Origin: Halarcobacter sp.
Lineage (GTDB): Bacteria; Campylobacterota; Campylobacteria; Campylobacterales; Arcobacteraceae
Direction: 5' to 3'
DNA: 64,000 nucleotides
NCBI GenBank assembly: GCA_963676565.1
Contig: OY781089.1
Coordinates: 1,408,001-1,472,000 of the forward strand
The notes beneath the pieces were generated by a model that saw nothing but the letters and a program-made list of their open reading frames with translations, was not told the DNA's origin and did not search any database. The position numbers and the translations under genes are program-made. This document shows, piece by piece, positions 27,621-38,504 of the stretch (position 1 is the first letter of the stretch; each line of letters begins with the position of its first letter).

Positions 27621-28031
27621 TTAAATTAAAGAATTAGAGTTTAAAGCTAATTCTTTTATAGTGGTTTTGGAAAAAGTATGACTTATAGAATTTTTTGATT
27701 CCATCCAAGTTTCATGCATGGCACATTTGTTTTTTTCACTGCATAAACCAAGACCTAATATACATTTATCATCATCTAAATCATTCATAATTATCAAAAT
27801 GTCTTTTATTGATATTTCACCACTGTCTTTTTTTAGTGTAATACCCCCATTTTTACCTTTTTTTGAAATTATAAGTTCATTATTAGACAATAATGTAATT
27901 ATTTTAGTCATATATTTATAAGATATATTTAAAGTTTCAGATATTTCTTTTGTGTGAAATAATTCATTTTGATTTTTTGCCATAAATATCAAAATCCTAA
28001 GTGCATATTCAGTTGTAGTATTTAGTTTCAC
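27621..28031 (-). CDS. Rrf2-family transcriptional regulator (Fe-S type)
   Basis: TEYALRILIFM, SKKGKNGG, CILGLGLCSEKNKCAMH (3 Cys + His). Confidence 0.9.
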   Translation of the reverse strand: MKLNTTTEYALRILIFMAKNQNELFHTKEISETLNISYKYMTKIITLLSNNELIISKKGKNGGITLKKDSGEISIKDILIIMNDLDDDKCILGLGLCSEKNKCAMHETWMESKNSISHTFSKTTIKELALNSNSLI

Positions 28032-28138
28032 AATCAGCTCTTTTTTATTTATATTTTAGTTAATAATTAGTTAAACTACAATGTTTTTTATAATCAATAT
28101 TTATTTTCTATATCTAACACAAGGAATAGCATTATTTT

Positions 28139-28945
28139 TTACTGACTTTTATCAAACTCTTTTTTTGGAAAATGTAATGATATCAGTTTTTCTAAAACTT
28201 CCAAAACATCATCTTCATCACTTAAAGACTCTACTAAAGAGTGAATACAAGCACTGTATGGATTAAACCCTTTGACAATAAGTTTTGCAGCGTAAACAAG
28301 TAATCTTGTTGATACAGCTTCTTGAATATCTGTATCACTTAATTGTCTAATCTCATGTGCTATATCTACTAACTTTTGTGCAATATTTTCATCTACACCA
28401 CTTTCTTTGATAATTATCTTTTTTTCCACTTCTTTTTCTGGATAACTAAAACTAAGGGAGATAAACCTTTGTTTTGTGCTTGGTTTCATACCTTTTAAAA
28501 CATTTTGATATCCAGGATTATATGAAACAACCAACATAAAATCTGGATGTGCTTCAATTACTTCTCCTGTTCTATCTATTGGTAAAACTCTTCTATAATC
28601 AGCTAAAGAGTGTAAAATTACAGTTGTATCTTTTCTAGCTTCTATAATTTCATCTAAATAACAAATACCACCATTTCTAACTGCTTTTGTAAGTGGTCCA
28701 TCTTGCCAATATGTTCCATTTTCGTCTATTAGATGTCGTCCTATTAAATCAGCAGCACTTAAATCATCATGGCAAACCACTGTATAAACTTCTCTATTTA
28801 GTTTTTCACCCATATGTTCAATAAATCTAGTTTTTCCACATCCTGTAGGACCTTTTATAAGAATAGGTAAATTCATAGAAGCTGCAGCTTCAAAAAGTTC
28901 AACTTCATTTGTTTGTGATAAATAGTATGTATTTGACATTATCAA
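28139..28945 (-). CDS. norQ: NorQ/NirQ/CbbQ MoxR AAA+ ATPase
   Basis: GPTGCGKTRF, YLDEI, SYNPGYQ, KPSTKQRF; in the nor operon (ATG at 28939 is an alternative start). Confidence 0.93.
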   Translation of the reverse strand: MIMSNTYYLSQTNEVELFEAAASMNLPILIKGPTGCGKTRFIEHMGEKLNREVYTVVCHDDLSAADLIGRHLIDENGTYWQDGPLTKAVRNGGICYLDEIIEARKDTTVILHSLADYRRVLPIDRTGEVIEAHPDFMLVVSYNPGYQNVLKGMKPSTKQRFISLSFSYPEKEVEKKIIIKESGVDENIAQKLVDIAHEIRQLSDTDIQEAVSTRLLVYAAKLIVKGFNPYSACIHSLVESLSDEDDVLEVLEKLISLHFPKKEFDKSQ

Positions 28946-28953
28946 TTTCCTTT

Positions 28954-30720
28954 TTATTTTGTTAAATTTATATATACTTCAGGCATAATTTTTGGTAGTT
29001 TCTTACTATCTCTTACTACTGTATAGCCATTTTTACCAAATAAATATGAGAGATAATCTTTTGCTTCAATATCAATTGTTATACAAAACGGAATTATCCC
29101 TTTTTGTTTAACTTCTTCAATCGCTTTTTTTGTATCTTCAATGCCATATCTTCCATCGCATCTATCTATGTCATTTGGTTTTCCATCACTTATGATTAAT
29201 AAGAGTTTATTTTGATTTTGTTGCTTATTTAAAATCTTAGTTGATTCCCTAATAGCTGCACCTAATCTTGTGTAATACCCAGGTTTTATTGCTTCAATTC
29301 TTCCTCTAATTAAGTTTGAATATTTCTCTTTAAAGTTTTTAATAATATGAAATTTTACATTTGTGTTTTTATTTGATGAAAAAGCATATATTGCGAATTT
29401 ATCTTCAAGTTTTTCTAAAGCCTGTGAAAAAACCATAAGTCCATCTTTTATCATATCAATTACCCGTATCTCTTGTGTAATTCCAGCTTCTGTAGATAAT
29501 GAGATATCTGCTAAAATAAGAGTTGCCATATCTCTGGTTTTTTTCTCAAAATTCTCATAAAATTTTTGATGATGTAAAGATTTATTTTGATGTCCTTTAT
29601 AATCAATCCATGTATCAATGCAAATCTCATCTCCATAAGGTAAATGATTGTTTTTAAATCTATTGATTTCTAGTAAATCAAGTTCTGACTGTATTTTTTT
29701 AACAGTTTTTTGAAGCCTTTTTGGTAAATGTATCTCTTCTGTATTCACTGAAATAATTGGTTTTATACGTACATAGTTTTTCAAATAAGTTTTTTTTGTA
29801 TAATCCCATTCATCTAGAAAATGACCACGTCCAATAGGGTACTCTTCATTTATACTAGCTTTAATATCCAAATCCATTTTTAATCTAGAATTTAAATTTG
29901 CTTTTTTCTGTCCTAAAGTAATCTCATCTAAATCTTGGGCATTATATAAAGCATCTTCATCAAAACTATCATCTTCTGCTCTATCAACATTTACTTGTTC
30001 TAAAATACTCATCATTCCTTCAGGAATAAAAGCCATAAAACCATCTGTCTTTTTTTTATCATCAATTTGTTTAGCTTTTTTCTTCATCTTTAAAGATTCA
30101 GTTTTTTCATCTTTTCTTTGTGATTGATTTTCTTCCTCGTAAGAATTGCTTAATTTAGAATTTTTATTCAAAGATGGATAAATCCACATTATAAATGGAT
30201 AATTATTATTAAATTCTATATTCTTTTTATCAATATATACAAGTTCTGGTATTTTTGAGATAAGATACTTTTTTGCTTTGATATAAAATGTATTAAAACC
30301 AGTATATTTATCACAAAGATACTTTGATACTTTTTGATTTTCATCTATCATATTTGAATTATCTACATTTATATTTGTAGCCATTGCAACTAACCAAAAA
30401 TAAAGCATTATATTCTCTTCTTTTGTTGGTAAAACATCAAGTTTTGGAGGGAAATAAATTGCATCTTCATCTTGCCAAGTTAAAAAAAATGATTTTCCAT
30501 AACCAGATATTTTTTGCAAAAATGTTATTGACTTTTTTATATCTCTTTTATCAGTTATTTTTAACTCTTTACCTTTATCACCTCCTAAAAGGTGATAAAA
30601 GATTTTTAATTGTTTGGAAAGAGTTTGGAATTCAACTTGGGCTTGTTTATTTGAAATAGTAGTTTTTTTGCGTAAAAAATTATCCCAAGCTTTTCCTGCA
30701 TCTTCTTCCCATTCAAGCAT
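28954..30720 (-). CDS. norD: Nitric oxide reductase activation protein NorD (VWA domain)
   Basis: DEWDY, MIDAS-like ADISLST, PGYYTRLGAAIR, SDGKPND. Confidence 0.92.
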   Translation of the reverse strand: MLEWEEDAGKAWDNFLRKKTTISNKQAQVEFQTLSKQLKIFYHLLGGDKGKELKITDKRDIKKSITFLQKISGYGKSFFLTWQDEDAIYFPPKLDVLPTKEENIMLYFWLVAMATNINVDNSNMIDENQKVSKYLCDKYTGFNTFYIKAKKYLISKIPELVYIDKKNIEFNNNYPFIMWIYPSLNKNSKLSNSYEEENQSQRKDEKTESLKMKKKAKQIDDKKKTDGFMAFIPEGMMSILEQVNVDRAEDDSFDEDALYNAQDLDEITLGQKKANLNSRLKMDLDIKASINEEYPIGRGHFLDEWDYTKKTYLKNYVRIKPIISVNTEEIHLPKRLQKTVKKIQSELDLLEINRFKNNHLPYGDEICIDTWIDYKGHQNKSLHHQKFYENFEKKTRDMATLILADISLSTEAGITQEIRVIDMIKDGLMVFSQALEKLEDKFAIYAFSSNKNTNVKFHIIKNFKEKYSNLIRGRIEAIKPGYYTRLGAAIRESTKILNKQQNQNKLLLIISDGKPNDIDRCDGRYGIEDTKKAIEEVKQKGIIPFCITIDIEAKDYLSYLFGKNGYTVVRDSKKLPKIMPEVYINLTK

Positions 30721-30721
30721 T

Positions 30722-32107
<1,386 letters not shown>

Positions 32108-32554
32108 CTAACCTTCAATATTTGGTGGCCATTCATTATCATCAATCTTTGATGTCCAAATTAGAAAATCTGAAAGATTGTCTACTTCTTCTGTTGACAG
32201 GTTAAACTGTGGCATTTTTCTTCTATTTGGGGCATGTAATGGTTGTGCTGCCATCCATCCTTGCATATAACTTTTAAATGTTGCTTCATCAGAATTTCCT
32301 CTTCTGTTAAATACATTTGCTAATTCAGGTGCATAATAAGCTCCTTCACCCATTAAGGTATGACAACCTACACAGTTATTAACTTCCCATAAGTTTTTAC
32401 CCATGGCAACAGATTCTGTTATATTTTGGGCATTTGATCTTTTTGGAACTTGTTTTACAGTGTCCATTGTTAATCCTGCAAAAACTAAAATAGCAAAAAG
32501 ACCTCCACCAAAGTATATGTTTCGTGCCATACTTTTGGTAATTCTTTCTTCCAT
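32108..32554 (-). CDS. norC: Nitric oxide reductase cytochrome c subunit
   Basis: N-terminal TM, CVGCHTLMGEGAYYAPEL, RRKMPQF, WPPN. Confidence 0.96.
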   Translation of the reverse strand: MEERITKSMARNIYFGGGLFAILVFAGLTMDTVKQVPKRSNAQNITESVAMGKNLWEVNNCVGCHTLMGEGAYYAPELANVFNRRGNSDEATFKSYMQGWMAAQPLHAPNRRKMPQFNLSTEEVDNLSDFLIWTSKIDDNEWPPNIEG

Positions 32555-32641
32555 ACATTTCTCCTTTTATATTTCTACTTTGAAGTAGTATTTTGGAATC
32601 ATAACTTATGTTTTATTAATTCTACCTTTAGATAGAATACA

Positions 32642-32884
32642 TTAAATCAAAAAAGCCATTCCTATTAAAATAATTACTATAGACAACCATAACGAAACAA
32701 TCAATCTATATTTTAACTTCACATCTTTCAAACCCATGAAAAAGTCAATTATTAACTGTCCTTTTACAAATGTAGTTAAAAGAATTAACGCAATAAAAAA
32801 ATAAGGTGAAAGCTCAACTTTTCCCAATATAAAAGTAAGTGTTGTTAAAAAAATAAGAAATATCCATATTGTTTTTAATTTCAT
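32642..32884 (-). CDS. NorF/NirP-like small membrane protein (cytochrome oxidase subunit IV family)
   Basis: Three TM helices, KGQLIIDFFMGLK motif. Confidence 0.75.
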   Translation of the reverse strand: MKLKTIWIFLIFLTTLTFILGKVELSPYFFIALILLTTFVKGQLIIDFFMGLKDVKLKYRLIVSLWLSIVIILIGMAFLI

Positions 32885-32887
32885 AAT

Positions 32888-33469
32888 TTACCTCATAATA
32901 TAAATTAGTGGAAATAAAATTATCCAAACCAAATCAACCATATGCCAGTATGAAGCACCTGTCTCTAACCCCTTATGATTTGTTTTCGTATAAATGCCTA
33001 ATTTAGTATTTTTATACATAACTAAAAGAATAAAAACTCCTAAAACAACATGCAAAAAATGAAAAGAGGTCATGATAAAATAGAACATAAAAAATTTGTT
33101 AGTGCCTAGATTTATACCTTCGCTAAACTTTTGATAAAACTCAATACACTTTAATATCAAAAATAATGAACCTAAAGAAATTGAAACTAAAAGATAATCT
33201 GAAGCTTTAGAAGTTTTTTCTAAATTCTCATCTAATTTAATCAGCTCAATTGCTTTAACAACAAAAAAACTGCTAGTTATGAGTGCCAGTGTATTTACAA
33301 AACCAAACCCTTTATTTAATAGTTGTTGTGAATTATTAAAAAGGTCTATATCTAATCGTCTAGTAAATGCATAGCCAATAAAAAAGGCTCCAAAAGTAAG
33401 TAATTCTATGTGTATTACTAACCAAATTCCAAAATCTCCTGGAGGATAGTTATTCTTTGAACTCTCCAA
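32888..33469 (-). CDS. norE: NorE/NirO-like protein (cytochrome c oxidase subunit III family)
   Basis: PPGD, NTLALITSS, TSFHFLHV, YWHMVDLVW. Confidence 0.85.
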   Translation of the reverse strand: MESSKNNYPPGDFGIWLVIHIELLTFGAFFIGYAFTRRLDIDLFNNSQQLLNKGFGFVNTLALITSSFFVVKAIELIKLDENLEKTSKASDYLLVSISLGSLFLILKCIEFYQKFSEGINLGTNKFFMFYFIMTSFHFLHVVLGVFILLVMYKNTKLGIYTKTNHKGLETGASYWHMVDLVWIILFPLIYIMR

Positions 33470-33533
33470 ATATTCCCCTTTTTATAAAATTATACTTATA
33501 AGTAGAATTATATTTAAAAATTTGTTTATTTTA

Positions 33534-33547
33534 TTGACTTATGTCAA
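33534..33547. promoter_or_regulatory. Crp/Fnr-family (NssR/Dnr-type) box between divergent operons
   Basis: TTGAC-TTAT-GTCAA; -10 TATAGT at 33570 (+) and TATAAT at 33512-33507 (-), both at class II spacing. Confidence 0.8.
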
Positions 33548-33598
33548 TGAGAAACATTATCAGTATTGCTATAGTTACAAAAAACAAAAGGAATTATC

Positions 33599-33922
33599 AT
33601 GGAAAAAATAGAAGTTTTAGGTGCTACAGTTGATTTTTTCAAAGAGATTAAAGATGGTTTAACTACTTATCAATTTGACACAAGTATGTGTGGGCCACCA
33701 GATCCAATGGTAAATGCTATGGCTGGTTTACAATTATTGGATGAAAATTCTCAATTAGTTATGATAAATCATAAATCACCAGGGGGATTATTCCCAAAAG
33801 TTGAAGAAGATTTTAATTTTTCAGAAGAAGATACAGATGATGGGAAAATAAAGATCATTTTTACAAAAAAAGTAAATGCTTTAAATTCAACAGATTTTAC
33901 ACAAAATAGTTGTCACGGATAA
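33599..33922 (+). CDS. DUF2249/TusA-like small protein
   Basis: DTSMCGPPDPMVNAM and INHKSPGGLFP resemble the DUF2249 PPEP / HxPxxL motifs. Confidence 0.6.
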   Translation: MEKIEVLGATVDFFKEIKDGLTTYQFDTSMCGPPDPMVNAMAGLQLLDENSQLVMINHKSPGGLFPKVEEDFNFSEEDTDDGKIKIIFTKKVNALNSTDFTQNSCHG

Positions 33923-33925
33923 AAA

Positions 33926-35158
33926 ATGAATATCTCTCAGCAGTTTGCTCCACCATTTAAACTTATATCTCCATATTTTATTATTGGGATATTTGTTTTA
34001 ACATTTAGTACATTTTTATTATTTGGAATGGATATATCAACTGCACATAGTTTAAATAGTAGTATTCTAGCTTGGGTACATATTTTTTTACTTGGTTTTG
34101 TGATGATGATAATCTTTGGGGCTATGGCACAATTAGTGCCAGTTGTACTTGAAGTAGGACATTTTGCTGTTGATTTGTATTATATAATATATCCTTTATT
34201 ATTTATTGGGACAGTTTTAATGGGAATAGGTTTTTACTATTTCCCTACACTTTTACCTTTTGGTGGAGTAATAGCATTTGTAGCTTTTTCAATATTTTTA
34301 TTTGAGACTTTTTTGACAATTTTGAAAGTGAAAAAATTAAATTTTATAATTACTACAGTTTTAATTGCAAATATATTTTTACTTTTTGGTTTGATTATTG
34401 GAATTGTTCTAGCTTTAGGTTATAGTGGAGTTTTAGATGTAGAAATCTATAAGTTTCTTAAAGCACATGTTTTTTTGGTACTAGTTGGTTATGTAGGCAT
34501 AACTATTATGGGAATGTCGTTAGTTTTATTACCTATGTTTTGGCTAAGTCATAGTTTTTCTTGGATTTATGTAAAAAGTGCATTAACAATTTTATGTTTT
34601 GGAGTTCTACTTATTGTTTTGTCTTCATTTATAAATATAAAATTTATAGAATATTCAGGATATATTTTAAGTTTTATTGCCTTGATTTTATATTTTTTCC
34701 AAATATTCATAATTTATAAAACTAGAGTCAGATTAGAAGTTGATATTTATTTTAAAAGTATGGTTTTTTCATATTTTTGTCTATTGATTTCAATTATTAT
34801 AGGAATAATTTATATTTTTAATCCTTATCACAATTTATTATTAACTTTATCATGGCTTGCTATTTTTGGTTTTATCACTTTTGTCATAACAGGACATATG
34901 TATAAAATAGTACCTTTTTTAGTGTGGTTTGAAAGATTTTCACCTTTTGTTGGAAAGAAAAAAGTACCTATGCTTTCAGATATGATTCCAGTAAAAAGCT
35001 CAAATATGCAATTTTTCTTTTCAACATTGGGCGTTATGCTTTCTGCAATTGGTATATTATTTGGTGTGGATTCAATCTTTAAAAGTGGAATTAGTTTATT
35101 AAGTATTGGTGCAATTTTTTTGTTAAAAGATATTTTATATATGATAAGGTTTAAATAA
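33926..35158 (+). CDS. Polytopic membrane protein (His-containing, about 12 TM)
   Basis: WVHIFLLG, GAMAQLVPV, AHVFL, LLPMF, YKIVPFLVW; typical neighbour of DUF2249/DUF59 genes. Confidence 0.7.
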   Translation: MNISQQFAPPFKLISPYFIIGIFVLTFSTFLLFGMDISTAHSLNSSILAWVHIFLLGFVMMIIFGAMAQLVPVVLEVGHFAVDLYYIIYPLLFIGTVLMGIGFYYFPTLLPFGGVIAFVAFSIFLFETFLTILKVKKLNFIITTVLIANIFLLFGLIIGIVLALGYSGVLDVEIYKFLKAHVFLVLVGYVGITIMGMSLVLLPMFWLSHSFSWIYVKSALTILCFGVLLIVLSSFINIKFIEYSGYILSFIALILYFFQIFIIYKTRVRLEVDIYFKSMVFSYFCLLISIIIGIIYIFNPYHNLLLTLSWLAIFGFITFVITGHMYKIVPFLVWFERFSPFVGKKKVPMLSDMIPVKSSNMQFFFSTLGVMLSAIGILFGVDSIFKSGISLLSIGAIFLLKDILYMIRFK

Positions 35159-35467
35159 ATGTATAGTAAAGAAGAGATTTTTAAAGCAGTATCAACTGTA
35201 AATGATCCAGAAGTTGGTTTTAATCTTGTAGAAATGGGACTTATTTATGATGTTTTTTGTGATAAAAACATGAAAGTAACTGTTACAATGACACTTAGTA
35301 CAAAAGCTTGTCCTCTTCATCAAATGATTATACAATGGGTTGAAGAGGCGGTTTTAAGAGAATTACCAAAGGTTCAAATCGCAAGTGTAGATTTAGTTTG
35401 GGAACCAGCTTGGAATATCAGTATGGCATCAGATGAAGTTAAAGCAAAACTTGCAGGTTCCCTTTGA
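35159..35467 (+). CDS. DUF59/SufT-like metal-sulfur cluster assembly factor
   Basis: VNDPEVGFNLVEMGLIY, MTLSTKACPL, VWEPAW. Confidence 0.9.
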   Translation: MYSKEEIFKAVSTVNDPEVGFNLVEMGLIYDVFCDKNMKVTVTMTLSTKACPLHQMIIQWVEEAVLRELPKVQIASVDLVWEPAWNISMASDEVKAKLAGSL

Positions 35468-36054
35468 AAACATTTTTTAAACAATTTAAAAAAATAAATA
35501 CAGAGCCTCTTGAAAGATCAAATATAATTTGGTCCTGGATAGGTTCTTTTGTAGGAATATTAAGTATAGCTTTATTTCATAGAGGAGTTTTAGGAGATGA
35601 AGATTTAGGTTTAGTTATTGGTTCTTTTGGTGCAAGTGCTGTTTTAGTGTATGGAGCAATACACTCACCTCTTGCACAACCTAGAAATCTTATAGGAGGA
35701 CATATTTTATCTGCTATAGTAGGAGTTATCTCTTATAAACTTTTTTTTGATAATCTCTTATTGTGCTCTGCATTTGCAGTAGCAACTTCCATTCTAGTTA
35801 TGCAGCTTACTTTAACTTTACATCCTCCAGGAGGAGCAACGGCATTAATAGCAGTTTTAGGAAGTGAAAATATACATGAACTGGGTTTTCTTTATGTTTT
35901 ATATCCTGTTGCAACAGGTGCTTTTATCCTATTTATTATTGCACTTTTAGTTAATAATATTTCTAAACATAGACACTATCCAGATGGAGTAAAATTTAAT
36001 AAATTTATAATAAACCCAAAAAAAGGTTCTAAAAAAAATGAAGACATGTTTTAA
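35464..36054 (+). CDS. HPP family membrane protein
   Basis: SFGASAVL, SPLAQPRN, GGH, LHPPGGATAL. Confidence 0.92.
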   Translation: MKTFFKQFKKINTEPLERSNIIWSWIGSFVGILSIALFHRGVLGDEDLGLVIGSFGASAVLVYGAIHSPLAQPRNLIGGHILSAIVGVISYKLFFDNLLLCSAFAVATSILVMQLTLTLHPPGGATALIAVLGSENIHELGFLYVLYPVATGAFILFIIALLVNNISKHRHYPDGVKFNKFIINPKKGSKKNEDMF

Positions 36055-36096
36055 AGTATTAATGCAAATTATTGATAAATCTAGAAAGGAAATTTT

Positions 36097-36516
36097 TTGA
36101 CATATTTAATTATAAAAATTCTTCATATTTTTTCAGTATTAATTTATGGGGGTTTCTTATTTACAGACAATCTTATTTTAATGCGTATGCAAAAAACATT
36201 ATCAAAAGAAAAGTATGATGAAGTTAGATCTTATTTTAAAGAATTTACAAGAGTTTTAGTCCCTAAAGCTCTAGTTGTTGCAGTGATTAGTGGTATTCTT
36301 TTATTCCAGAATAGTTTTGGAAGTGTAGGGGAAAATGGGTTTTCAAATTTTCAAATACTATTGTCAATCAAAGGTATTTTAGGCCTTTGGTTAGGTGCTA
36401 GAGGTATTCTCCAGGTTTTTTTTGGAATACAGCCTTTTGTTTTTAAAAGTCATATATTACCATTTATGTTAGTGATAATTATTGTATTTTTATCACAATT
36501 TATGTTTTACATTTAA
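36097..36516 (+). CDS. Hypothetical 4-TM membrane protein
   Basis: LHIFSVLIYGG and hydrophobic helices; TTG start with AAGGA RBS. Confidence 0.65.
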   Translation: MTYLIIKILHIFSVLIYGGFLFTDNLILMRMQKTLSKEKYDEVRSYFKEFTRVLVPKALVVAVISGILLFQNSFGSVGENGFSNFQILLSIKGILGLWLGARGILQVFFGIQPFVFKSHILPFMLVIIIVFLSQFMFYI

Positions 36517-36524
36517 GGAAAAAT

Positions 36525-37697
36525 ATGCACTTCTCAACAAATCAAAATGGTTTTACACCAAAAATAGAAGAGATATGGTGGGATAGATTTACTTCCCAAT
36601 CTCATCAATTATATTTTACAAGTTCAATATTTTTTGCAATAGTAGTAATGATATTAACTTTTGTATCCTTTCTTGGAAAATTACATCTTGATTTTTCTTT
36701 GATTCATGGGTTTGGATTAAATTATGCAGTTTTTACTAATGCATTTTTAGGTTTTTTAATTACTGTTATACCTAAATTTAATGGGGCAAAAGTTATATCA
36801 AAAGAAAAATATTTAAAACCTTGGTTTATTTTTCAAGGGGGTATAGTTTTATCTTTTTTGGGTGCAAGTTTTTTAGGAAAACTTTTAGTTTCTTTTATAA
36901 TGTTATATTTTGTTAAAGTTTTTTATGAAACTATAAAAGAGGGCAAAGCTTCTTACAAGAAAGATAGCATATTTTTAAATTTAGTATTTTTATTTGGAGC
37001 AATATTTTTGCTCATGGAAGTACTTTTTCAAACAAATTTATCTTTATTAATATTTTTTGGATATTTAATAAGTTTAGTATTTTTAGTTGCCCAAAGAATG
37101 ATTCCTGCTTTTTATAGTTCGTATATGAAAGTTATGGCGTGGGAAAAGCCTAAATATATAAGAGAAATTTCTGTTATGCTATTTTTAGGTTTAGGTATTG
37201 CTTTAGAGTTTGAATTATTATTACTATTAAAATTAATATCTTTTGTTGCTATGTTATTTTTTGGATATATAGTGATGAATCTAAATATTTATAAAAAAAC
37301 ACCTGCTATTATCTCTATTTTAGTGGTATCATTTATTTGGCTTGAAGTAGGCTTTATAGCTTTATTTTTAGAGTCTATTTACGAAGTATATTCATTAAAG
37401 TTAGCACTTCATATTTTTGCTTTAGGATTTGTGGCTACTTTATTAATAGGTTTTGGAAGTAGGGTTGTTATGGGTCATGCAGTTCCTGCTCAACAAATTG
37501 TTGCAGATAAAATCACAAAATTTATATTTGTATTAACTCAAGTTTTAGTTGTATCAAGAATTTGTGCTTCAATTTTGTTTTTAAATGATTCAACTGTTTA
37601 TATGGGAATTTTACATTTAAGTTCTTGGCTTTGGATAGTTATGATTATTATATGGACGATTCGTTATGCTAAGACTTTAATAAGAATAAAGTCTTGA
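36525..37697 (+). CDS. nnrS: NnrS-family membrane protein
   Basis: HG..FLGFLITVIPKF, RMIPAF, ALHIFALG, SRVVMGH. Confidence 0.8.
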   Translation: MHFSTNQNGFTPKIEEIWWDRFTSQSHQLYFTSSIFFAIVVMILTFVSFLGKLHLDFSLIHGFGLNYAVFTNAFLGFLITVIPKFNGAKVISKEKYLKPWFIFQGGIVLSFLGASFLGKLLVSFIMLYFVKVFYETIKEGKASYKKDSIFLNLVFLFGAIFLLMEVLFQTNLSLLIFFGYLISLVFLVAQRMIPAFYSSYMKVMAWEKPKYIREISVMLFLGLGIALEFELLLLLKLISFVAMLFFGYIVMNLNIYKKTPAIISILVVSFIWLEVGFIALFLESIYEVYSLKLALHIFALGFVATLLIGFGSRVVMGHAVPAQQIVADKITKFIFVLTQVLVVSRICASILFLNDSTVYMGILHLSSWLWIVMIIIWTIRYAKTLIRIKS

Positions 37698-37708
37698 TAG
37701 GATGAAAA

Positions 37709-38053
37709 ATGACAATAGAAAAGTTTCAAACAGAAGTAGCGACTTTAAAAAAGTTCTTTACTAAATTTTGTAAAGAAAAACATGAAAATCAGTATTCTAA
37801 AACTTATGATTTAGAATACAAAGAAAGTAATATAAATGTTGAATTAAATTTATGTGAAGAATGCCATAGTTTAATCTCTTATTCTTTTGACAGATTAAAA
37901 GGATGTCCCCATGAGATTAAACCTAGATGTCGTCAATGTCCTAATCCATGTTATGAAAAACAAGAATGGAAATCTTTAGCAAAAATTATGAGATATAGTG
38001 GAATTAGACTTGGATTAAGTAAAATTAAAAATAAATTAAAAAGAAAAAAATAG
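37709..38053 (+). CDS. YgbA-family (nitrous oxide-stimulated promoter) Cys-rich protein
   Basis: FCKEKH, CEEC, RLKGCP..KPRCRQCPNPCY, IMRYSG. Confidence 0.85.
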   Translation: MTIEKFQTEVATLKKFFTKFCKEKHENQYSKTYDLEYKESNINVELNLCEECHSLISYSFDRLKGCPHEIKPRCRQCPNPCYEKQEWKSLAKIMRYSGIRLGLSKIKNKLKRKK

Positions 38054-38057
38054 TTTT

Positions 38058-38071
38058 TTGACCTAAGTCTA
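38058..38071 (+). promoter_or_regulatory. Imperfect Crp/Fnr-family box
   Basis: TTGAC-CTAA-GTCTA with -10 TATACT at 38094, same spacing as the other boxes. Confidence 0.55.
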
Positions 38072-38129
38072 TTTTTCTTTTACAATTATGATATATACTT
38101 TTCATTACAATTTAAACAAAGGGGGGAAA

Positions 38130-38405
38130 ATGAAAAAAGTTTTACTTTTAACTTCAGTATTAGCATGTGTTGCTTTTGCAAATCCTTATGCAAAGTGTGT
38201 TGCATGTCATGGAGCAAATGGTGAAAAGGTTGCTTTAGGAAAATCGAAAATTATTAAAGATATGACTAAGCAAGAGATTGTAGATTCCTTAAAAGGCTAT
38301 AAAGATGGATCTTATGGTGGAGCTATGAAAGCTCTTATGAAAGGACAAGTTGCCTCTTTATCAGATGGTGATATTCAATCAATTGCTGAAAAAATTGGTA
38401 AATAA
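38130..38405 (+). CDS. Periplasmic monoheme cytochrome c553
   Basis: Signal peptide MKKVLLL..AFA, CVACH, YGGAMKALM; start at 38130 after a G-rich RBS (ORF track starts at 38088). Confidence 0.9.
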   Translation: MKKVLLLTSVLACVAFANPYAKCVACHGANGEKVALGKSKIIKDMTKQEIVDSLKGYKDGSYGGAMKALMKGQVASLSDGDIQSIAEKIGK

Positions 38406-38481
38406 ATTAAGTAGTAAGAGCTAATAGGTGGTCTTTTAGATCTAACAAATTTAAAATTAAAATAATTAAAATTAAATCACT

Positions 38482-38502
38482 AAGCCTCTTCTATAGAGGC
38501 TT
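38482..38502. terminator. Intrinsic terminator between convergent genes
   Basis: AAGCCTCT-TCTAT-AGAGGCTT followed by a T run. Confidence 0.75.
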
Positions 38503-38504
38503 TT

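Noticed and set aside
32888..33469. Aerobic cytochrome c oxidase operon
   Set aside because: The subunit III/IV-like genes precede norCB, the catalytic subunit has NorB glutamate motifs, and no subunit II is present
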